64,000 bases of DNA from Hemiscyllium ocellatum (Eukaryota), in NCBI RefSeq assembly GCF_020745735.1, contig NC_083418.1, forward strand, positions 6,173,374 to 6,237,373. The letters run 5' to 3'. Positions 13,701 through 28,149 of the stretch are shown here, one piece after another (the first letter of the stretch is position 1; each line of letters opens with the position of its first letter). The position numbers and the translations under genes were made by a program. The notes below the pieces were generated by a model that saw nothing but the letters and a program-made list of their open reading frames with translations, ran no database searches and had not been told where the DNA came from.

Positions 13701-16700
13701 ACAATCAAACTGCACACTTCACCCCATTAACTAAACTGCACCTGTTAATTCAATGAGTGGAGCTTCTCTCAATCCTTCAAAGTGTCAAGCACAATGCTAT
13801 CAATCTTTTCTACAAACTGCATTCATCAAGTCATTGAATTGATTCAATGAGTCAAACCAGAATCCTTGTTTCAATGAAACAAATATTTCGTGATTCAATT
13901 GTTTAGTGAATCCTACTGCACTCGTTCATTCAATGAAACAAACTGCACTAATTGATAGAGACTGCAGAACTAAATTCAATGAATAGAGCTTCTCTCATGC
14001 ATTCAATGGGTCAAGCCTCATGTTTTCATTCAAAGAAGCAAGATGCATTCATTGAATCATTGAATCAAACTACAATCACTGATTCAATGAATCAAACCTT
14101 ATTCCTTGTTTCCCTGGAACAAACCTAACTCACTCAGGTTAGTGAATCAAACTGCACACGTTCATTCAATGAAAGAGGTTGTACTTGTAAATTCAATAAG
14201 CAGAGCTGCTCTCATTCGTTCAATGTCACAAGCTTCACACATTGTCTCAATCAAACTGCACACATTCCCTCCATGAACTAAACTGCACCTGTTGATTCAA
14301 TGAATGGAGGGTCTCTCATTTCTTCAAAGTGTCAAGCACAACGCTTTCATTCAATTATACAAACTGTATTCATTAAATCATTGAATTGATTCAATGAATC
14401 AAACCGTATTCATTGTTTCAATGGAACAAACATTTTGTGATCTACTTGTTTAGTGAATCCTACTGCACTCGTTCATTCAATGAAATAAACTGCACTCGTT
14501 CAGTTGAATGATACAGACTGCAGGTCTTAATTCACTGAGTAGAGCGTCTCTCATTCTTTCAGTCTGTCACGTTTAACGCTTTCATTCAATGAAGCAAGCT
14601 GCATTCATTGAATCATTGAATCAAACTACAAGCACTGATTCAATGTATCCAACCTTGTTCCTCGTTTCAATGGAACAAACCTATCTCACTCAGGTTAGTG
14701 AATCAAACTGCACACGTTCATTCAATGAAAGAGGCTGCACTTGTCAATTCAATGAGTAGAGCTAGTCTCATTCGTTCATTGTCACAAGCTCCACACATTG
14801 TCACAATCAAACTGCACACTTCACCCCATTAACTAAACTGCACCTGTTAATTCAATGAGTGGAGCTTCTCTCAATCCTTCAAAGTGTCAAGCACAATGCT
14901 ATCAATCTTTTCTACAAACTGCATTCATCAAGTCATTGAATTGATTCAATGAGTCAAACCAGAATCCTTGTTTCAATGAAACAAATATTTCGTGATTCAA
15001 TTGTTCAGTGAATCCTACTGCACTCGTTCATTCAATGAAACAAACTGCACTAATTGATAGAGACTGCAGAACTAAATTCAATGAATAGAGCTTCTCTCAT
15101 GCATTCAATGGGTCAAGCCTCATGTTTTCATTCAAAGAAGCAAGATGCATTCATTGAATCATTGAATCAAACTACAATCACTGATTCAATGAATCAAACC
15201 TTATTCCTTGTTTCCCTGGAACAAACCTAACTCACTCAGGTTAGTGAATCAAACTGCACACGTTCATTCAATGAAAGAGGTTGTACTTGTAAATTCAATA
15301 AGTAGAGCTGCTCTCATTCGTTCAATGTCACAAGCTTCACACATTGTCTCAATCAATCTGCACACATTCTCTCCATGAACTAAACTGTACCTGTTAATTC
15401 AAAGAGTGGAGCGACTCTCATTCCATCAAAGTGGCAAGCACAGCGCTTTCATTCAATTAAAGAGACTGCATTCATTAAATCATTGAATTGATTCAAAGAA
15501 TCAAACCGTATTCCTTGTTTCAATTGAACAAACATTTTGTGATCTACTTCTTTAGTGAAAACTACTGCACTCGTTCATTCAATGAAACAAACTGCGCTCA
15601 TTCAATTCAATGATACAGACTGCAGGTCTTAATTCAATGTGTAGAGCTTCTCACATTCATTCAAGGTGTTAAGCTTAACGCTTTCATTCAAGGAAGCAAG
15701 CTGCATTCCCTCAATCATTGAATCAAACTAAAATCACTGATTCAATGAATCGAACTTTATTCCTTGTTTCAATGGAACAAACCTCAGGTTAGTGAATCAA
15801 ACTGCACACGTTAATTCAATGAAAAAACTGGTCTTGTCAATTCAAAGAGAAGAGCAGGTCACATTCGTTCCATGTCACAAGCTTCACACATTGTCTCAAT
15901 CAAACTGCACACATTCACTCCATGAACTAAACTGCACCTGCTGATTCAATGAATGGAGGGTCTCTCATTTCTTCAAAGTATCAAGCACAACGCTTTCATT
16001 CAATTCTACAAACTGCATTCATTAAATCATTAAATTGATTCAATGAATCAAACCGTATTCCTTGTTTCAATTGAACAAACATTTTGTGATCTACTTCTTT
16101 AGTGAAAACTACTGCACTCGTTCATTCAATGAAACAAACTGCACTCATTCAATTGAATGATACAGACTGCAGGTCTTAATTCACCGAGGAGAGCTTCTCT
16201 CATTCTTTCAGTCTGTCACGATTAACGCTTTCATTCAATGAAGCAAGCTGCATTCATTGAATCATTGAATCAAACCACAATCACTGCTTCAGGGAGTCAA
16301 ACCCGATTCGTTGTTTGAATGGAACAAACCTAACTCAGTTAGTGAATCAAACTGCACACGTTCATTCATTGAAAGAGGCTGCACTTGTCAATTCAAAGAG
16401 CAGAGCTAGTCTCATTCGTTCAAAGTCAAAAGCTTCACACATTGTCTCAATCAAACTGCACACATTCACTCCATGAACAAAACTGCACCTGTTAATTCAA
16501 TGAGCGGAGCTTCTCTCAATCCTTCAAAGTGTCAAGCACAACGCTTTCAATCTTTTCTACAAACTGCATTCATTAAGTCATTGAATTGATTCAATGAATC
16601 AAACCATAATCCTTGTTTCAATGAAACAAACATTTCGTGATTCACTTGTTTAGTGAATCCTACTGCACTCCTTCATTCAATGAAACAAACTGCACTCATT

Positions 16701-19700
16701 CAATTCACTGATACAGACTGCATGTCTTAATTCAATGAGTAGAGACTCTCTCATTCATTCAATGGGTCATGCTTAATGCTTTCATTCAAAGACACAAGCT
16801 GCATTCATTGAATCATTGAATCAAACTACAATCACTGATTCAGGGAATCAAACCTTATTCCTTGTTTGAATGGAGCAAACCTGACTCAGTTTGTGAATCA
16901 TACTGCATACGTTCATTCATTGAAAGAGGCTGCACTTGTCAATTCAATGAGCAGACATAGTCTCATTCGTTCAATGTCACAAGATTCACACATTGCCTCA
17001 ATCATATTGCACACATACACTCCATGAACTAAACTGCACCTGTTAATTCAATGAGTGGAGCTTCTCTCATTCCTTCAAAGTGTCAAGCACAATGCTATCA
17101 ATCTTTTCTACAAACTACATTCATTAAGTCATTGAATTGATTCAATGAGTCAAACCATAATCCTTGTTTCAATGAAACAAACATTTCGTGATTCACTTGT
17201 TTAGTAAATCGTACTGCACTCGTTCATTCAATGAAATAAACTGCACTCGTTCAATTGAATGATACAGACTGCAGGTCTTAATTCACTGAGTAGAGCTTCT
17301 CTCATTCTTTCAGTCTGTCATGATTAATGCTTTCATTCAATGAAGCAAGCTGCATTCATTGAATCATTGAATCAAACTACAAGCACTGATTCAATGTATT
17401 CAACTTTGTTCCTCGTTTCAATGGAACAAACCTATCTCACTCAGGTTAGTGAATCAAACGGCACACGTTCATTCAATGAAAGAGGCTGCACTTGTCAATT
17501 CAATGATCAGAACTAGTCTCATTCGTTCAATGTCACAAGCTCCACACATTGTCTCAATCAAACTGCACACATTCACTCCATGAACTAAACTGCACCTGTT
17601 GATTCAATGTGTGGAGAGTGTCTCATTCCTTCAAAGTGTCAAGCACAACGCTTTCATTCAATTAAAGAAACTGCATTCATTAAATCATTAAAACATTCAA
17701 TGAGTCAAACCATAATCCTTGTTTCAATGAAACAAACATTTCGTGCATCACTTGCTTAGTGAATCCTACTGCACTCGTTCATTCAATGAAACAAACTGCA
17801 CTCATTCAATTCAATTTTACATACTGCATGTCTTAATTCAAAGAGTAGAGTATCTCTCTTTCATTCAATGAGTCAAGCTTAATGCTTTCATTCACTGACA
17901 CAAGTTGAATTCATTGAATCATTGAATCAAACTACAATCACTGATTCAATGAATCAAACTTTATTCCTTGTTTGAATGGAGCAAACCTTACTCACTCTGG
18001 CTAGTGAATCAAACTGCACACGTTCATTCAATGAAAGAGGCTGTACTTGTCAATTCAATAAGTAGAGCTGCTCTCATTCGTTCAATGTCACAAGCTTGAC
18101 ACATTGTCTCAATCAAACTGCACACATTCACCCCATGAACTAAACTGCACCTGTTAATTCAAAGAGTGGAGCGACTCTCATTCCTTCAAAGTGTCAAGCA
18201 CAACGCTTTCATTCAATTAAAGAAACTGCATTTATAAATCATTGAATTGATTCAAAGAATCAAACCGTATTCCTTGTTTCAATGAAACAAACATTTCGTG
18301 ATTCACTTGTTTAGTGAATCGTACTGCACTCGTTCATTCAATGAAATAAACTGCACTCGTTCAATTCAATGATACAGACTGCAGGTCTTAATTCACTGAG
18401 TAGAGCTTCTCTCATTCTTTCAGTCTGTCACGATTAACGCTTTCATTCAATGAAGCAAGCTGCATTCATTGAATCATTGAATCAAACTACAAGCACTGAT
18501 TCAATGTATCCAACCTTGTTCCTCGTTTCAATGGTACAAACCTATCTCACTCAGGTTAGTGAATCAAACTGCACACGTTCATTCAATGAAAGAGGCTGCA
18601 CTTGTCAATTCAATGAGTAGACCTAGTCTCATTCGTTCATTGTCACAAGCTCCACACATTGTCACAATCGAACTGCACACATTCACTCCATGAACTCAAC
18701 TGCACCTGTTAATTCAATGAGTAGAGCTAATCACATTCGTTCAAAGTGTCAAGTACAACGCTATCAACTTTTCTACAAACTGCATTGATTGATTCATTGT
18801 ATTGATTCAATGAGTCAAACCAGAATCCTTGTTGCAATGAAATAAACATTTCGTGATTCACTTGTTTAGTGAATCCTACTGCACTCGTTCATTCAATGAA
18901 ACAAAGTGCACTCATTCAATTCAATGGTACGGACTGAATGTCTTAATTCAAAGAGTAGAGCATCTCTATTTCATTCAATGTGTCAGTCTTAATGCTTTCA
19001 TTCACTGACACAAGCTGAATTCATTGAATCATTGAATCAAACTACAATCACTGATTCAATGAATCAAACCTTATTACTTGTTTCAATGGAACAAACCTAA
19101 CTCACTCAGGTTAGTGAATCAAACTGCACACGTTCATTCAATGAAAAAGACTGGTCTTGTCAATTCAAAGAATAGAGCAGGTCACATTCGTTCCATGTCA
19201 CAAGCTACAAACATTGCCTCAAACAAACTGCACAATTCACCCCATTAACTAAACTGCACCTGTTAATTCAATGAGTGGAGCTTCTCTCAATCCTTCAAAG
19301 TGTCAAGCACAATGCTATCAATCTTTTCTACAAACTGCATTCATTAAGTCATTGAATTGATTCAATGAGTCAAACCAGAATCCTTGTTTCAATGAAACAA
19401 ATATTTCGTGATTCAATTGTTTAGTGAATCCTACTGCACTCGTTCATTCAATGAAACAATCTGCACTAATTGATAGAGATTGCAGAACTGAATTCAATGA
19501 ATAGAGCTTCTCTCATGCATTCAATGGGTCAAGCCTCATGTTTTCATTCAAAGAAGCAAGATGCATTCATTGAATCATTGAATCAAACTACAATCACTGA
19601 TTCAATGAATCAAACCTTATTCCTTGTTTCCCTGGAACAAACCTAACTCACTCAGGTTAGTGAATAAAACTGCACACGTTCATTCAATGAAAGAGGTTGT

Positions 19701-22700
19701 ACTTGTAAATTCAATAAGTAGAGCTGCTCTCATTCGTTCAATGTCACAAGCTTCACACATTGTCTCAATCAAACTGCACACATTCACTCCATGAACTAAA
19801 CTGCACCTGTTGATTCAATGAATGGAGGGTCTCTCATTTCTTCAAAGTGTCAAGCACAACGCTTTCATTCAATTATACAAACTGTATTCATTAAATCATT
19901 GAATTGATTCAATGAATCAAACCGTATTCATTGTTTCAATGGACCAAACATTTTGTGATCTACTTGTTTAGTGAATCGTACTGCACTCGTTCATTCAATG
20001 AAATAAACTGCACTCGTTCAATTGAATGATACAGACTGCAGGTCTTAATTCAAAGAGTAGAGTATCTCTCTTCCATTCAATGAGTCAGTCATAATGCTTT
20101 CTTTCACTGACACAATCTGAATTCATTGTATCACTGATTCAAACTAAAATCACTGATTCAATGAATCAAACCTTATTCCTTGTTTCAATGGAACAAACCT
20201 ATCTCACTCTATTAGTGTATCAAAATGCACATCTTCATTCAGTGAAAGAGGCTGCACTTGTCAATTCAAAGAGCAGAACTAGTCTCATTCGCTCAGTGTC
20301 ACAAGCTACACATATTGTCTCAATCAATCTGCACACATTCTCTCCATGAACTAAACTGTACCTGTTAATCAATGAGTGGAGCGACTCTCATTCCTACAAA
20401 GTGTCAAGCACAGCGCTTCCATTCAATTCAAGAAACTGCATTCATTAAATCATTGATTTGATTCAAAGAATAAACAATATTCCTTGTTTCAATGAAACAA
20501 ACATTTCGTGATTCACTTGTTTACTGCATCCTACTGCCCTCGTTCATTCAATGAAACAAACTGCGCTCATTGAATTCAATGATACAGACTGCAGGACTTA
20601 ATTCAATGAGTAGAGCTTCTCTCATTCATTCAAGGTGTTAAGCTTAACTCTTACATTCAAGGAAGCAAGCTGCATTCCCTCAATCATTGAATCAAACTAC
20701 AAGCACTGATTCAATGAAGCCAACTTCATTCTTCGTTTCAATGGAACAAACCTATCACACTTATTTAGTGATTCAACATGCACACGTTCATTCAATGAAA
20801 AACGCTGGACTTGTCAATTCAAAGAGTAGAGCAGGTCACATTCGTTCAATGTCACAAGCTTCACACGTTCTCTCAATCAAACTGCACACATTCACTCCAA
20901 GAACTAAACTGCACCTGTTAATTCAATGAGTGGAGCTTCTCTCATTCCTTCAAAGTGTCAAGCACAACGCTATCAATCTTTTCTACAAACTGCATTCATT
21001 AAGTCATTGAATTGATTCAATGAATCAAACCAGAATCCTTGTTTCAATGAAACAAACATTTCGTGATTCACTTGTTCAGTGAATCCTACAGCACTCGTTC
21101 ATTCAATGAAACAAACTGCACTCATTCAATTCAATTTTACATACTGCATGTCTTAATTCAAAGAGTAGAGTATCTCTCTTTCATTCAATGAGTCAAGCTT
21201 AATTCTTTCATTCACTGACACAAGTTGAATTCATTGAATCATTGAATCAAACTGCAATCACTGATTCAATGAATCAAACTTTATTCCTTGTTTGAATGGA
21301 GCAAACCTAACTCACTCTGGTTAGTGAATCAAACTGCACACGTTCATTCAATGAAAGAGGCTGTACTTGTCAATTCAATAAGTAGAGCTGCTCTCATTCG
21401 TTCAATGTCACAAGCTTGACACATTGTCTCAATCAAACTGCACACATTCACTCCATGAACTAAACTGCACCTGTTAATTCAAAGAGTGGAGCGACTCTCA
21501 TTCCTTCAAAGTGTCAAGCACAACGCTTTCATTCAATTAAAGAAACTGCATTTATAAATCATTGAATTGATTCAAAGAATCAAACCGTATTCCTTGTTTC
21601 AATGAAACAAAGATTTCGTGATTCACTTGTTTAGTGAATCCTACAGTACTCGTTCATTCAATGAAACAAACTGCGCTCATTCAATTCAATGATACAGACT
21701 GCAGGTCTTAATTCAGAGAGTAGAGCATCTCTATTTCATTCAATGAGTCAAGCTTAATGCTTTCATTCAATGACACAAGCTGAATTCATTGAATCAAACT
21801 ACAATCACTGATTCAATGAATCAAACCTTATTCCTTGTTTCAATGGAACAAACCTAACTCACTCTGGTTAGTGAATCAAACTGCACACGTTAATTCAATG
21901 AAAAAGACTGGTCCTGTTAATTCAAAGAGGAGAGCAGGTCACATTCGTTCCATGTCACAAGCTTCACACATTGTCTCAAACAAACTGCACAATTCACCCC
22001 CTTAACTAAACTGCACCTGTTAATTCAATGAGTGGAGCTTCTCTCAATCCTTCAAAGTGTCAAGCACAATGCTATCAATCTTTTCTACAAACTGCATTCA
22101 TTAAATCATTGAATTGATTCAATGGGTCAAACCATAATCCTTGTTTCAATGAAACAAACATTTCGTGCTTCACTTGTTTAGTGAATCCTACTGCTCTCGT
22201 TCATTCAATGAAACAAACTGCACTCATTCAATTCAATTTTACATACTGCATGTCTTAATTCAAAGAGTAGAGTATCTCTCTTTCATTCAATGAGTCAAGC
22301 TTAATGCTTTCATTCACTGACACAAGTTGAATTCATTGAATCATTGAATCAAACTACAATCACTGATTCAATGAATCAAACTTTATTCCTTGTTTGAATG
22401 GAGCAAACCTAACTCACTCTGGCTAGTGAATCAAACTGCACACGTTCATTCAATGAAAGAGGCTGTACTTGTCAATTCAATAAGTAGAGCTCCTCTCATT
22501 CGTTCAATGTCACAAGCTTGACACATTGTCTCAATCAAACTGCACACATTCACTCCATGAACTAAACTGTACCTGTTAATTCAAAGAGTGGAGCTTCTCT
22601 CATTCCTTCAAAGTGTCAAGCACAACGCTTTCATTCAATTCTACAAACTGCAATCATTAAATTGATTCAATGAAACAAATATTTTGTGATCTACTTGTTT

Positions 22701-23712
22701 AGTGTATCGTACTGCACACGTTCATACAATGAAATAAACTGCACTCATTCAATTCAATGATACAGACTGCAGGTCTTAATTCACTGAGCAGAGCTTCTCT
22801 CATTCTTTCAGTCTGTCAAGATTAACGCTTTCATTCAATGAAGTAAGCGGCAGTCATTGAACCATTGAATCAAACTACAATCACTGCTTCAGGGAATCAA
22901 ACCCCATTCCTTATTTGAATGGAACAAACCTAACTCAGTTAGTGAATCAAACTGCACACGTTCATTCATTGAAAGAGGCTGTACTTGTCAATTCAATAAG
23001 TAGAGCTGGTCTCATTCGTTCAGTGTCACAAGCTTCACACATTGTCTCAATCAAACTGCACACATTCACTCCATGAACTAAACTGCACCTGTTGATTCAA
23101 TGAATGGAGGGTCTCTCATTTCTTCAAAGTGTCAAGCACAACGCTTTCATTCAATTATACAAACTGCATTCATTAAATCATTGCATTGATTCAATGAATC
23201 AAACCGTATTCGTTGTTTCAATGGAACAAACATTTCGTGATCTACTTGTTTAGTGAATCGTACTGCACTCGTTCATTCAATGAAATAAACTGCACTCGTT
23301 CAATTCAATGATACAGACTGCACGTCTTAATTCACTGAGTAGAGCTTCTCTCATTCTTTCAGTCTGTCATGATTAATGCTTTCATTCAATGAAGCAAGCT
23401 GCATTCATTGAATCATTGAATCAAACTACAAGCACTGATTCAATGTATTCAACTTTGTTCCTCGTTTCAATGGAACAAACCTATCTCACTCAGGTTAGTG
23501 AATCAAACGGCACACGTTCATTCAATGAAAGAGGCTGTACTTGTCAATTCAATGATCAGAACTAGTCTCATTCGTTCAATGTCACAACCTTCACACATTG
23601 TCTCAATCAAACTGCGCACATTCACTCCATGAACTAATCTGCACCTGTTGATTCAATGTGTGGAGAGTGTCTCGTTCCTTCAAAGTGTCAAGCACAACGC
23701 TTTCATTCAATT
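4755..23712 (-). repeat. Same ~550 bp satellite in the opposite orientation (TTCATTCAATG-rich strand), ~34 monomers with higher-order variants
   Basis: Reverse complement of the monomers in 1-4754. The array ends abruptly at ~23712 and is followed by an AT-rich degenerate tail to ~23770. Confidence 0.97.
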
Positions 23713-24087
23713 AATTCATTTAACATTCATTCAATTTAATTTCATTAAATTTCATTAAATTGAAATCATTCGAGCCTGAAAAAATTCTGGCAATAATATT
23801 GATGACTTGTGCTAGCCAAGCACTCCCAGTGCAGCTACAATACTGGCATGGACCATGTGGAAAATAAGCCAGGCATGTCCTGTGCACAGAAAATAGGTCA
23901 AACCATCCTGGCAAATTACTGCTCCATCAGTCCATGCTCAATCATGTGTTAGGTGTAGGAAGGTGCTTTCAACAGTGCTATCAAGCAGCACTAGCTCAGT
24001 CATAACCTGCTCGGTGACATAAAATGTGGGTTACGCAAGGCCTACTCAGCTCATGACTGAATTACAGACTTAATTTAAACATGGCTT

Positions 24088-24310
24088 AAAAATGTGTTGC
24101 TGGAAAAGCACACACGTCAGGCAGCAACAAAGGAGCAGGAGAATCGACGTTTTGGGCGTAAGCCCTTCTGAAGCCTGATTCCTGAAGAAGGGCTTATGCC
24201 CGAAACGTTGATTCTCCTGCTTCTTTGATGCTGCCTGACCTGCTGTGCTTTTTCAGCAACACATTTTTAAGCTCAGATCTCCAGCATCTGCGGTCCTCAC
24301 TTTCTCCTAG
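24088..24310. mobile_element. Short hairpin (inverted-repeat) interspersed element, probably Penelope-derived non-autonomous repeat
   Basis: AAAAATGTGTTGCTGGAAAAGC...GCTTTTTCAGCAACACATTTTT arms. The same family recurs at ~24945-25035, 46633-46815 and ~54975-55035. Family assignment is from recall. Confidence 0.7.
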
Positions 24311-24371
24311 TTGATTTAAACATGGACAAAGAACTGAATTCCAGAAATGAGGGAAGAGTGACATTCGACAG

Positions 24372-24920
24372 AGTGTGATATTGTGGAGTCCTAGCAAAAC
24401 TGGATTCAATGGGTATCAGGTGACAAACTCCCTGCTGTCTGCAGTCAGACCTCACACATTGGAAGATGGCTCTGCTTGTTAGAGGTCAGTCGTCTCAGCC
24501 AAAGCAAATCTTTGTTGGAGTTCCTAAAGAAAGTTTCCTTGGCACAATCATGTTCAGCTGCTTCAACAATGACTTTCCCTCCATCAGAAGGTCAGAAATG
24601 AAATCTGCATTGATCTAGCATTTTTTTTTTGTGACTGTTCAGTCCACATTCAAATGCAACAAAATCTGGACAATTTCCAGACTTGAGCTGACAAGTGGCA
24701 AATAGCATTTACAGCACAAAACTGCGAGACAATGACCATTGACAACAAGAGACAATCTAACCAAAACCCCTTGACATTCAATAGTATTACCATCACTGAA
24801 TCCCTCACCATCGACCTCCTGGGTTTTATTGTTCATTAGAAATTGAGCTGGACACTCCATATAAATACAATGGTTGTAAGAGCAGGCCAGAGGCTAGGAA
24901 TACTGCAGCGAGTAACAGCG
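24372..24920 (+). mobile_element. Degenerate CR1/L2-clade LINE reverse transcriptase fragment
   Basis: Decayed GVPQGSVLGP..FSCFINDLPS-type RT segment at ~24505-24590 (GGAGTTCCTAAAGAAAGTTTCCTTGGC...TTCAGCTGCTTCAACAATGAC). Confidence 0.7.
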
Positions 24921-26939
24921 AGTAACAGGCATAACAACTTCATCAGGTATCTTAATGAAGGTCTTATGCCCAAAACGTCGATTCTCCTGCTCCTCGGATG
25001 CTGCCTGACCTGCTGTACTTTTCCAGCACTACAGTCTCGACTGAGAAGCCATTTGGTTGTAATAAAGCTTCTTAAGAAAGATCAACCATAATTAGCCGAG
25101 CAAGATGACAGGTAGCTGATGACCACCTTCTTGGGATATGTGACGAATGTTTTCATAATTCAATGAAGAATTCAAAAAATGCAAAGTACGGTGAGTCAGG
25201 CTGTTCAGATAGAGTCCGATACAGATTTTAGATTGATGATTGAATGCAAAGTCTCCTGTGATGTTGCTGTGGACAGCAAGAGAGTTCTTGCCAGTATTCC
25301 ACTCCAATATTTGTTCATGATGTAAAGTGTCAGATTTATTGCATTTCTGTGCTTTCTGTGCATTTCCAACATTAGGATCACAGTGATGATATCATGAGAC
25401 CAGTATTCTCGCACTCCAGTTTGATGTTGAATGGTCAGTGTTTGGAATACCATCGTTTGCCCAGAGTGAAATTTGAATTTAAAGAAATCCTGGAATCAGA
25501 AAGAAAGCCAAATGCGGACCATGTAACCCGAGTCAATGGAAAAATAAAAAAACAGCTGGTTCACGAATGACAAGGCATCTGTTACCTTTACATGGTCTGG
25601 CCAACATGAGATTCCAGACCCACTGGGAAGTAATTGACTGTGTTCTGAAGTGGCTTTAGCAAGCTATTCAATGGGCAGTTGGGGATAGGGACTCATTGCT
25701 GGCCCTTACCATTAAATAATACATGTAATGAAACCTCATAATAACTGAATCAATTAAATGTAATTGTTGCAGCAATTCCTGATGTCATTTCAAGTATTTC
25801 ACGTGAATGTTCTAAATTTGCAGAATTTTCAGCACTGAACTGTTAACCTAAATAAAAGTTTTAAATTGTTTATCTTTCAGAAATAAATAAAATCTGTTGC
25901 AATTCGGCTTCATAAATTTTTATTCACTTCTGCAAATGATCAACATTCTTAAAATAAACTTTTTTCGATTTGAAACTTACCAACAAATCACTTTGTTCAC
26001 CTGGCTTTGCTGCCATCATCAGTTCCTTGAAGCCAATTAGGCATTTATGTAAATAAACACAGAAATTCTGTATCGACTCTGGGAGGATTTGTTTTAGGGA
26101 ATCCTGGATGCAGCTCTACTCTGTGTCTAAACCAAAATATATTTGACATGATTGCATTGGACAACACAATATAGAGGGAGATTTACCCAGCACATTACAT
26201 CAGCTGTACAATCACGGAAAAAAATTGATGTAGCCCTGTAAAGGGGCTTGAACTCCTACCCACTGTCTTTCTGATTTTGAAATGCTTGATACCAGAATAA
26301 AAAGGGAACAATACTATACAGCGAAACTTTGTTATACAAATAGATTATCATCTACAGGCATAGACATACACAAACACATAAGCAAATCTTCTCTGAACAA
26401 TCCTTGCAGTGTTTAATGAATGAGTACTGAGAGAGCTTTAATATGCAATGTGTGTGTATTCCATACAACACATGCCAACAGTGTGCTTGATATGGTAATT
26501 TAAATGTGGTTTTGATCTGTCGTTAACCTTTTCTGTGACAGCCGTGGTTGTGTTTGACAAATATTCAACAGAACTGGACGACTCTCAATGTAGTCACTGC
26601 ATTAGAGACAGAATGTAATGCCATCAAACAGTGAGAACGCTGATCCCTGTCTTTTTTCATGATGAGGAGGGATTGAAGCAGCTGGGTTTTAAACATGAAA
26701 TGGAGGCTAATTTAGATGAGACCTATATAATTCTGGAAAAGACTAATTTAGAGCAAAAGTCAATGATAGGGAACCAGAAGCAGTCTGTTCAGCCAATGGA
26801 GTTTGGGCTTCCAAACAATGACATCATAGCTGAGCTGATAATCCTCACCTCCATTTTTCAGCGTTTAACTGTAAGCATTGATTCAATTACCAAATCAAAA
26901 CCTGCCCATTTCAGCCTTCAAAATACTGAATGACCCATC

Positions 26940-28140
26940 CTCGACAGTGTTCTATGGAAACAAATTCCACAGATTCATTACATTCTGGGAGACAAAATTC
27001 TGTTCTGCCTGACATTTGTGACCTCTAATTCAGAGATTTTACTCACTGGTCCGAAACTCTCCCACAAGGGGAAACAACATTTCTGCGTTTACACCATCAA
27101 GTTTCCTGAAAATAATAGATGTTTCAGAATGTCACTACTGAATCTTCTATGTTCCATTGAGTATAGGCCCAAACGATTCAGTCTCTACTCCCAAGACAGT
27201 CTCTCCATCCTCAGGATCAGTCGACTAAACCTCGTGTAGATTGTCTCACAGTCCAGTGTACCTTTACTTTGTGAGATGAGTCCCAAGAACAGTCCATAGT
27301 ATTCCAGCTGTGGTAAAAATAGAGCTTCTTTTCAGTTTTAACAAACATTATGGTCATACAAACACAGGCACAGAAACAGACCCTTCAGTCCAACTGCACT
27401 GACCAGATATCCCAACCTGACTGAGTACCATTTGCCAAACATTTGGCCTATCTTTCTCTAAATGTTACCTATTCATACACCAATCCAGGTGCCTTTTAAA
27501 CGCAGTAATATTATTCGTCTCCACCACTACCACTCAGCTTTTTCCATACATACACGTGAAAAGGTTACCCCTCAGGTTCTTTTCAAATGTTTCTCATCTC
27601 ACCTTAATCTGCTGTCCTCTAGTTTTGGACTCTCCCACTCGAGGAAAAAGGCCTTGGCTATTCACCATATCAATGCCCTGCATGATTTTATAGGTCTTGT
27701 TCTGGCCACTCCTCAGCCTCCTTTCCTCTCACTGTAGGGAAAAGAAAAGCCCCAACCTGTTCAGCTTCACCTTATACCTTAAACACTCCAGTTCCAGCAT
27801 CGTTTTTTGGAAATCATTTCTACGTACCCTCAAGTTTCACAAAATCCTTCATCGAAATGGTCAGCCAGATTTGTCTGTAATTATTGTAAATGTGGCCTCA
27901 CAAATGTTCTGTACAGCTGAGACATGAAATCGCTACTCCTACACTTAATGTTATGACCAATAAAGGAAAGCATGCCAAACACCTTCTTCCCCACCCTGTC
28001 TACCTGCAACTCTACTTTCAAGGAATGATGCATCTGTTCCATTTGGTTTCTTTACTCAGCAGCACTCCCCAAGGCCCAGCCATTAATTGTATAAGTCTTT
28101 CCCCGGTTTGCCTTACAAAAATGCAGCACCTCACATTTAT
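26940..28140 (-). mobile_element. Degenerate CR1 LINE 3' fragments
   Basis: Reverse-strand similarity to the better-preserved CR1 at 34986-36761 (3' UTR and RT C-terminal parts). Confidence 0.65.
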
Positions 28141-28149
28141 TTAATAAAG

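Noticed and set aside
10205-20929. Three similar ORFs in the satellite (MNQTTSTDSMK..., 10205, 20161, 20687)
   Set aside because: They are chance stop-free stretches of variant monomers with non-ATG or arbitrary starts. Most monomers have stops in the same frame and there is no protein motif.
1-23712. CRISPR-like array or repeat-encoded gene
   Set aside because: There are no unique spacers, the unit is ~550 bp, there are no cas genes, and the context is vertebrate with spliceosomal introns.
26631-26933. 100-aa ORF (MRTLIPVFFHDEEGLKQLG...)
   Set aside because: The N-terminal part resembles a decayed CR1 YEERLKQLG segment and the rest has no recognisable domain.
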